Virus record (IMG/VR): IMGVR_UViG_3300029319_000024
Coordinates: 53,877-73,876 of that record
Origin: an uncultured virus (IMG/VR IMGVR_UViG_3300029319_000024)
Lineage: Duplodnaviria; Heunggongvirae; Uroviricota; Caudoviricetes
DNA: 20,000 nt
Reading direction: 5' to 3' (one strand)
Below are positions 15,030-20,000 of the stretch, in pieces. Position 1 is the first letter of the stretch. Every line of letters begins with the position of its first letter. The position numbers and the translations under genes are program-made. The notes under the pieces were generated by a model, which did no database searches, had not been told where the DNA came from, and saw only the letters and a list, made by a program, of their open reading frames with translations.

Positions 15030-18000
15030 ATGACAATACAACCTGCAATAATAACAAAAGTTAACGATAATAAACCAGGAATTACGTTAGAACAATATTC
15101 GCAACTTCCTTTAGATAGTTCTGTAAACCCTAATGTAAAATTAAAAGATGTTTTTAATCCAACACAATTAGATTTTTTATATTATTATGACCAAGCTAGT
15201 GATGAAGATTTAGCTGCATACGACCAAAAATATTTTGAACAAAACCAAATAACGTTTACACAAGAAATGAATCATCTTTTAAACTCACAAAAACAATTGC
15301 TTCAATCTCCATTACCAGCACCGCCTATTCCTGCTAAAATTCAAAATTCTGACGAATGGACTAAATATATTTCTGAAAACTCAGATGACCCTTCGTTTAC
15401 ACCAACAGACGACCCTGAAGAAATAGCTGAGATTTTGGGTAAAAGACGTTTTGGTGTTACTCAAAAATACGGTAAAAAACTTAGAGATTATGCAGAAAAT
15501 AAAAATCTAGCAGAGTTTGGTATAGATTACACTAAAGGAGCTCCTACTAGTGAAAGATTTGGTGCTGCTTTATTGCCTAGAGAAAAATCAGCCTTAGATG
15601 TTGACGAAATGGTACAAGAAGAATTTTTATATGACGATTTAGGGTATAGGATACCTAAAGCTAGACACCTATATCCTGGAAGACCTCCTGGAGAAAAAGG
15701 ACCCGTTATCCGTTATGAACAAAATGCTGACGGAACTTTATCTGAAGTATTTCCATTTAATAGTCCTGGTGTAACAGCTGACGATTGGGCAGAATATGTT
15801 ACTAAGGAAATTCCTGCTATAGCGGGAGAAACTGCTGCGTTATTATTTCTTAAAGGTCGAAGGGTTCCAGGAGCAGGTTATGTAAAAACACCTTGGAAAA
15901 AAATTAAACAGTTTGGTGTTGATGCTACAGTTATGGGGGCAGGAGCTGCTTTTACTGATTTTACAAGATTAGCTACAGGAGAACTTCTTTACCGTGATGA
16001 CGTAGACCCTCGATTTTTTGAACATGCTTTTAAAGAATCAGCTTTAATAGGTGCTTATGCTACTGCTGGTAATGCAGCAGCTATAAGTTTATTAAACAGT
16101 TCTCGTGCTACTTGGCAATTTATAACAGGAAAATATCCTCCAGACGCTATAATAAACAGAATAGTTGCTGTTAGAGATAAATATCAATCAGCTCTTAAAA
16201 AAGCAGGATTTGAAGAAGGAAGTGAAGGAGCACGTGCTCTTTTTAATGATATTGTAAATGTACAACCTAAACAAGTAAAAGAAGCTTTAGATGCTGTTAC
16301 TGATGGAAACTATAAAATTTTTATTGGTCAAGGCAAAACAGGTACTGACGCTGATTTTGCTTTAGCTTTATTAAATTCTATGAGAGAAGCAGGACATACT
16401 ACTATAAAAGCTATTGATATGTTAGATAATCAAATACTCGCAAATGATATATATAGAACTATGTTTGTACAAGATTTATTATTAAACGCAGGAAATAAAG
16501 AAGTTGCTATGGAGTCTTTAGCTAGTTTAGGTAAGTATGTTTCTCCCACGTCTCAAAAATTAATGCAAGAAACTTTAGAAAAAGAACTTGCTTGGTTTGA
16601 TGATTTAGTTGAATTAGGTAAAGCAGACGCTGCATTATTAAAAGAATTAGGTATAGACGCAAGCACAGTTAAAGGTTTTGACGATATTCTTGATGGAATT
16701 CCTGGAAAAGTTGGTGACGATTTAAATTTTCACGCTATGATGTTTGAAGATATAGCTAATCCTGACGCTAAAATAGGTACTTTTAATAATAAAACATTAG
16801 CAAGAATTTATTTAATACAAAATCGTTTTATGGGAGATGTTGATAAAGAATTAACTGAAGTAGTTACTAAATATGATGGTTTACAAGGTCCTGCTGTTGT
16901 ACCTGGTTCCCCTTTAGCTAAAGAATTAAGAACAATTTTAACTAGTCCTTATAAAGGCACTAAAACAGGTGTAGGAGCTAAAACAGGCTCAACACCAGTA
17001 GATTTGTTTTTAAAAGATAAAAACTTATCTGACATGCTCTATAAAGAAGGTGGAGAAATGAAAGACTTGCTAGCTAAAATGATGGGGACAGAAAAAGGAA
17101 CGGGTTTAGTTGGTCAATACACACCTACTTTTAAAGATTTACATGCGTTTAGAATTAAAATTTCAGAAATACAAGGAAAAATCACAGATAAAGCTAATGA
17201 ACCAAGTATGAAATCATTAGTAGATATAAAAAGAGCTATAGATGACCAAATACATCAACTGTTTAGACACGGAGCTAAAGCACATTTAGAACAACTATCA
17301 CCAGACGAATTAATTAAATACTTTCCAAATTATAAACCTACTGGAGGTAAATTTAGACCTACTTCATCACAAGTAACAGAATACATGGAAAAAACAGGAT
17401 ACGGTAAAGATTATTATGACGCTATAGACAACTATGCTGAAAGAGTTTCTATGATGAATGATACTTTTTTTAAAAGAATGTTAGGACAAAAAGATGCAAA
17501 TCCCGATGCATTAGTTAATGCTCTTTTTGCAGGAAGAACGGGTAGTAATTTTAGTCATGAAACAGCAACACCGTTTTTTAAAATGTTACGTCATAATCAT
17601 GTAGGAGAAGGAGCTGACGAAGCAAACGCTGAATCTCTTAAATTACTGTTAGCAGCACAAAGAGCCATAGGAGCACGTTATAAAAGAGATGTAATAGAGC
17701 CTTTTACTGTTGATGGTAAATTACAATACAGTAAAGATTTAGTTAAAGCTCATAATAAATGGATGGAAAAACATGGAGGTGTTATAAGAGCTGCTTTTGA
17801 TGATGTCGAAACTAAACCTTATGTTAATAAACCTGCTAGTGTTGGTAACTTTGATAATATGACAGAGACTTTTAAAACAATAGAAAAAGCTGTAGGTAAA
17901 GCTGATGAAATTTCACAAAAAATTATGAAAGAATTTAGTCCTTTTGTAGACGGCGACTCAGACACAATTATCTTAAAAATTGTTCAAGGAGACGAACTAC

Positions 18001-18905
18001 TAAACAGGTCTGGTGGTATGCAAATGCGTAATAAATTAGCACAAATTATAAAACAAGATGAATATTTGTATAAAAATGTGCAAAAAGCTGTGATGGGGGA
18101 TATTTATAATCAAATAACAGATACTAGTGCAGGTCGAATAATTATAAACGCAGATAAATTAAACGATGTATTAACAAAAAACTATATAGCAATGACTAAA
18201 GGAGGTAAAGAAACACCAATTACTTTTGATAAATTGTACGAGCCTTTTTTAGATAAGAAAACTATTAAAAATTTAAAAATTTTAAATGCAGCAGTGCAAG
18301 AAAATCAACGTATGTTAGATGTAGGAACAGAAGGAATAGTTGAAGGTGCTTTAAAATCATTAGACATAGAAAAATTTGATATACCTACTCTAGGTAGATT
18401 AATTTTTGGACCTTTAAACCCATATACTTATAGATTTGGTTATAGAGAACGTGTTTTAGAAAAAAGAGTCAATAGATTACTAGGGGAAATGATGCTAGAC
18501 CCTAAATTATTGGATAAAATTGTAAGAAAAATGAACCGTAAAATGAATTTAGACGATTCGATACGTTTTTTCTATTCTTTAGATACTGTTGCTGCTCATG
18601 ATGTAGGTCAAGCTTTAAAAATGTTTGAAGGCGATAGCGATACAGAGTTTATGTCAAAAGACCCAAGCTATAATCCATATAGAACAGACGAATATTTTAA
18701 TTATATGGAAGAATTTTTTACATTAGACCCTAACCAAAGGAAAAGAACTGTAACTAATAAAGGATTATTACCACCTGGAGTTAGAACAGCTTCAGAAACG
18801 GCTATATTTACAGCACCTATAGCAGGTGGGGTTGCAGCTAATGAATATATAATACAACCTACCGTTGATTTTTTCAGCGGTAGTGAAACAATGGACCCTG
18901 ATTAA
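15030..18905 (+). CDS. Very large helical protein (1291 aa), probable major internal virion/ejection protein
   Basis: Size, position, predominantly helical character and Gly/Ala-rich hydrophobic segments (IPAIAGETAALLFL, ATVMGAGAAFT, ALIGAYATAGNAAAISLL); no catalytic motif recognised. Confidence 0.6.
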   Translation: MTIQPAIITKVNDNKPGITLEQYSQLPLDSSVNPNVKLKDVFNPTQLDFLYYYDQASDEDLAAYDQKYFEQNQITFTQEMNHLLNSQKQLLQSPLPAPPIPAKIQNSDEWTKYISENSDDPSFTPTDDPEEIAEILGKRRFGVTQKYGKKLRDYAENKNLAEFGIDYTKGAPTSERFGAALLPREKSALDVDEMVQEEFLYDDLGYRIPKARHLYPGRPPGEKGPVIRYEQNADGTLSEVFPFNSPGVTADDWAEYVTKEIPAIAGETAALLFLKGRRVPGAGYVKTPWKKIKQFGVDATVMGAGAAFTDFTRLATGELLYRDDVDPRFFEHAFKESALIGAYATAGNAAAISLLNSSRATWQFITGKYPPDAIINRIVAVRDKYQSALKKAGFEEGSEGARALFNDIVNVQPKQVKEALDAVTDGNYKIFIGQGKTGTDADFALALLNSMREAGHTTIKAIDMLDNQILANDIYRTMFVQDLLLNAGNKEVAMESLASLGKYVSPTSQKLMQETLEKELAWFDDLVELGKADAALLKELGIDASTVKGFDDILDGIPGKVGDDLNFHAMMFEDIANPDAKIGTFNNKTLARIYLIQNRFMGDVDKELTEVVTKYDGLQGPAVVPGSPLAKELRTILTSPYKGTKTGVGAKTGSTPVDLFLKDKNLSDMLYKEGGEMKDLLAKMMGTEKGTGLVGQYTPTFKDLHAFRIKISEIQGKITDKANEPSMKSLVDIKRAIDDQIHQLFRHGAKAHLEQLSPDELIKYFPNYKPTGGKFRPTSSQVTEYMEKTGYGKDYYDAIDNYAERVSMMNDTFFKRMLGQKDANPDALVNALFAGRTGSNFSHETATPFFKMLRHNHVGEGADEANAESLKLLLAAQRAIGARYKRDVIEPFTVDGKLQYSKDLVKAHNKWMEKHGGVIRAAFDDVETKPYVNKPASVGNFDNMTETFKTIEKAVGKADEISQKIMKEFSPFVDGDSDTIILKIVQGDELLNRSGGMQMRNKLAQIIKQDEYLYKNVQKAVMGDIYNQITDTSAGRIIINADKLNDVLTKNYIAMTKGGKETPITFDKLYEPFLDKKTIKNLKILNAAVQENQRMLDVGTEGIVEGALKSLDIEKFDIPTLGRLIFGPLNPYTYRFGYRERVLEKRVNRLLGEMMLDPKLLDKIVRKMNRKMNLDDSIRFFYSLDTVAAHDVGQALKMFEGDSDTEFMSKDPSYNPYRTDEYFNYMEEFFTLDPNQRKRTVTNKGLLPPGVRTASETAIFTAPIAGGVAANEYIIQPTVDFFSGSETMDPD

Positions 18906-20000
18906 TGAATAGATTTGATTTCGATAGAGGAATGGGTATTAGAGGTTTAACAGGAAGTAGACCTACTTCTTTTCAATATGAAGCAGACCCGATTATGGAT
19001 GCTATAGTTTCTAGACAAGACGCTAATAATTCTATAAATAGAGCTACTGACCAATATGAAGCTGATGTTGCTGATTTTAAAGATACTATTGCTAGAGAAA
19101 AAGAACAAGGTATAGCTGGTTTACCTAGTATGAATGATTTAAACAATAGTCCTTTTATTTCTGAAGGAATAAACTCCATTATAGACAGACCTAATGAGGC
19201 TGTTTCGTTCATAACTAATCCAAGAGATACATACAACCCCCCTGTGAATGAAATAGTCTCTCCCCCTTTTAAAGAATTACCACCAGACCGAGATTCATTT
19301 GATTATGGCTTTGGTCCAGGAATTATGCCACCATTACCAGATGATTTCTTTATAGAAGATGATATAAATACGCCTCCTGTTCTTCCGCCTGTATTTAAAG
19401 ATAATCCTTTTAAAGATATTTTTACACCACCTAATGAACCACCATTTGAACCACCAATAGATGTACCGCCACCATTTACACCACCTAATGAACCACCATT
19501 TGTACCACCTAATGAACCACCGCATTGGCATGATGAAGAAAGAAGATACCCGCCAGGATATGATGACAAACCCGAAGATTGGCGTGATGAAGATGATATA
19601 TATGTACCGCCACCATTTGTACCACCTAATGAACCACCTAATGAATTACCAATAGATGTACCGCCACCGCCACCGCCTAGTGGACCTATAAACTATTACA
19701 CGGGTGAAGTAATAAATAATCCGTATACACCGTATGCAACGGATAGTGGTGCACCTGCGTTAAGTAGAAGAATAAGTCCTGCGAGCTTTGGTATGGCTCC
19801 TGGAATGTTTCCCCCACCCCCGAATAATAAAACTATAGAAAAACCAGATGAACTACCTCCAGATAGACCTGATAGAAATAATGCAATTTTTGCTAATCAA
19901 GGTAAATATTTAAAGAACAGTTCATTAAATAAAGGTATCATGAGGTTGCCGCAAAGCGAACAAGGTGATACAATGACAACACAGATGTTCCAACGAGCAT
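18905..20000 (+). CDS. Proline-rich low-complexity protein, 3' truncated by window edge (at least 365 aa), not in ORF track
   Basis: TAATG-coupled ATG at 18905; reads MNRFDFDRGMGIRGLTGSRPTSFQYEADP...FTPPNEPPFEPPIDVPPP...MTTQMFQRA with no stop before 20000. Confidence 0.85.
   Translation, partial: MNRFDFDRGMGIRGLTGSRPTSFQYEADPIMDAIVSRQDANNSINRATDQYEADVADFKDTIAREKEQGIAGLPSMNDLNNSPFISEGINSIIDRPNEAVSFITNPRDTYNPPVNEIVSPPFKELPPDRDSFDYGFGPGIMPPLPDDFFIEDDINTPPVLPPVFKDNPFKDIFTPPNEPPFEPPIDVPPPFTPPNEPPFVPPNEPPHWHDEERRYPPGYDDKPEDWRDEDDIYVPPPFVPPNEPPNELPIDVPPPPPPSGPINYYTGEVINNPYTPYATDSGAPALSRRISPASFGMAPGMFPPPPNNKTIEKPDELPPDRPDRNNAIFANQGKYLKNSSLNKGIMRLPQSEQGDTMTTQMFQRA
19421..19678 (+). repeat. Coding direct repeats: 24-nt unit ttt(ac/gt)accacctaatgaaccacc(a/g/t) and atgtaccgccacc units
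   Basis: F[TV]PPNEPP-encoding copies at 19421-19444, 19475-19498, 19499-19522 and 19616-19639; [DY]VPPP units near 19460, 19601 and 19656. Confidence 0.9.

Noticed and set aside
18973..19655. ORFs 18973-19236(-), 19303-19569(-), 19334-19531(-) and His-rich 19461-19655(+)
   Set aside because: Alternative-frame readings of the Pro-rich repeat gene starting at 18905; the Trp- and His-rich patterns are by-products of CCA repeats.
19421..19678. CRISPR-like array
   Set aside because: Repeats are in-frame coding, irregularly spaced, partly directly tandem, without unique equal-length spacers or cas genes.

Overview
AT-rich, densely coding, single-strand (+) late-gene region of a tailed phage, most likely a podovirus-like phage of a low-GC Gram-negative aquatic bacterium (inferred from gene content only). 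Order: end of a tail-fibre gene with an S74 chaperone domain, 2OG-Fe(II) oxygenase, small membrane/holin-like genes, tail connector-like protein, T4-type lysozyme, three very Lys/Arg-rich small proteins, SNase-like nuclease and a membrane protein broken by a 10-N gap. A five-gene cassette follows (6234-10948): csgF, csgG, a secreted curlin-like beta-solenoid, a secreted FecR-domain protein with an acidic linker and curlin-like tail, and a CHASE2/3TM/class III adenylate cyclase. After the only substantial non-coding gap come probable internal virion/DNA-ejection proteins and a Pro-rich ORF running off the window. The cassette is the standout: it reads as a phage-encoded trans-envelope signalling system linking a curli-type secretion pore to cAMP synthesis. 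All family calls are from motif recognition by eye; no database searches were run.
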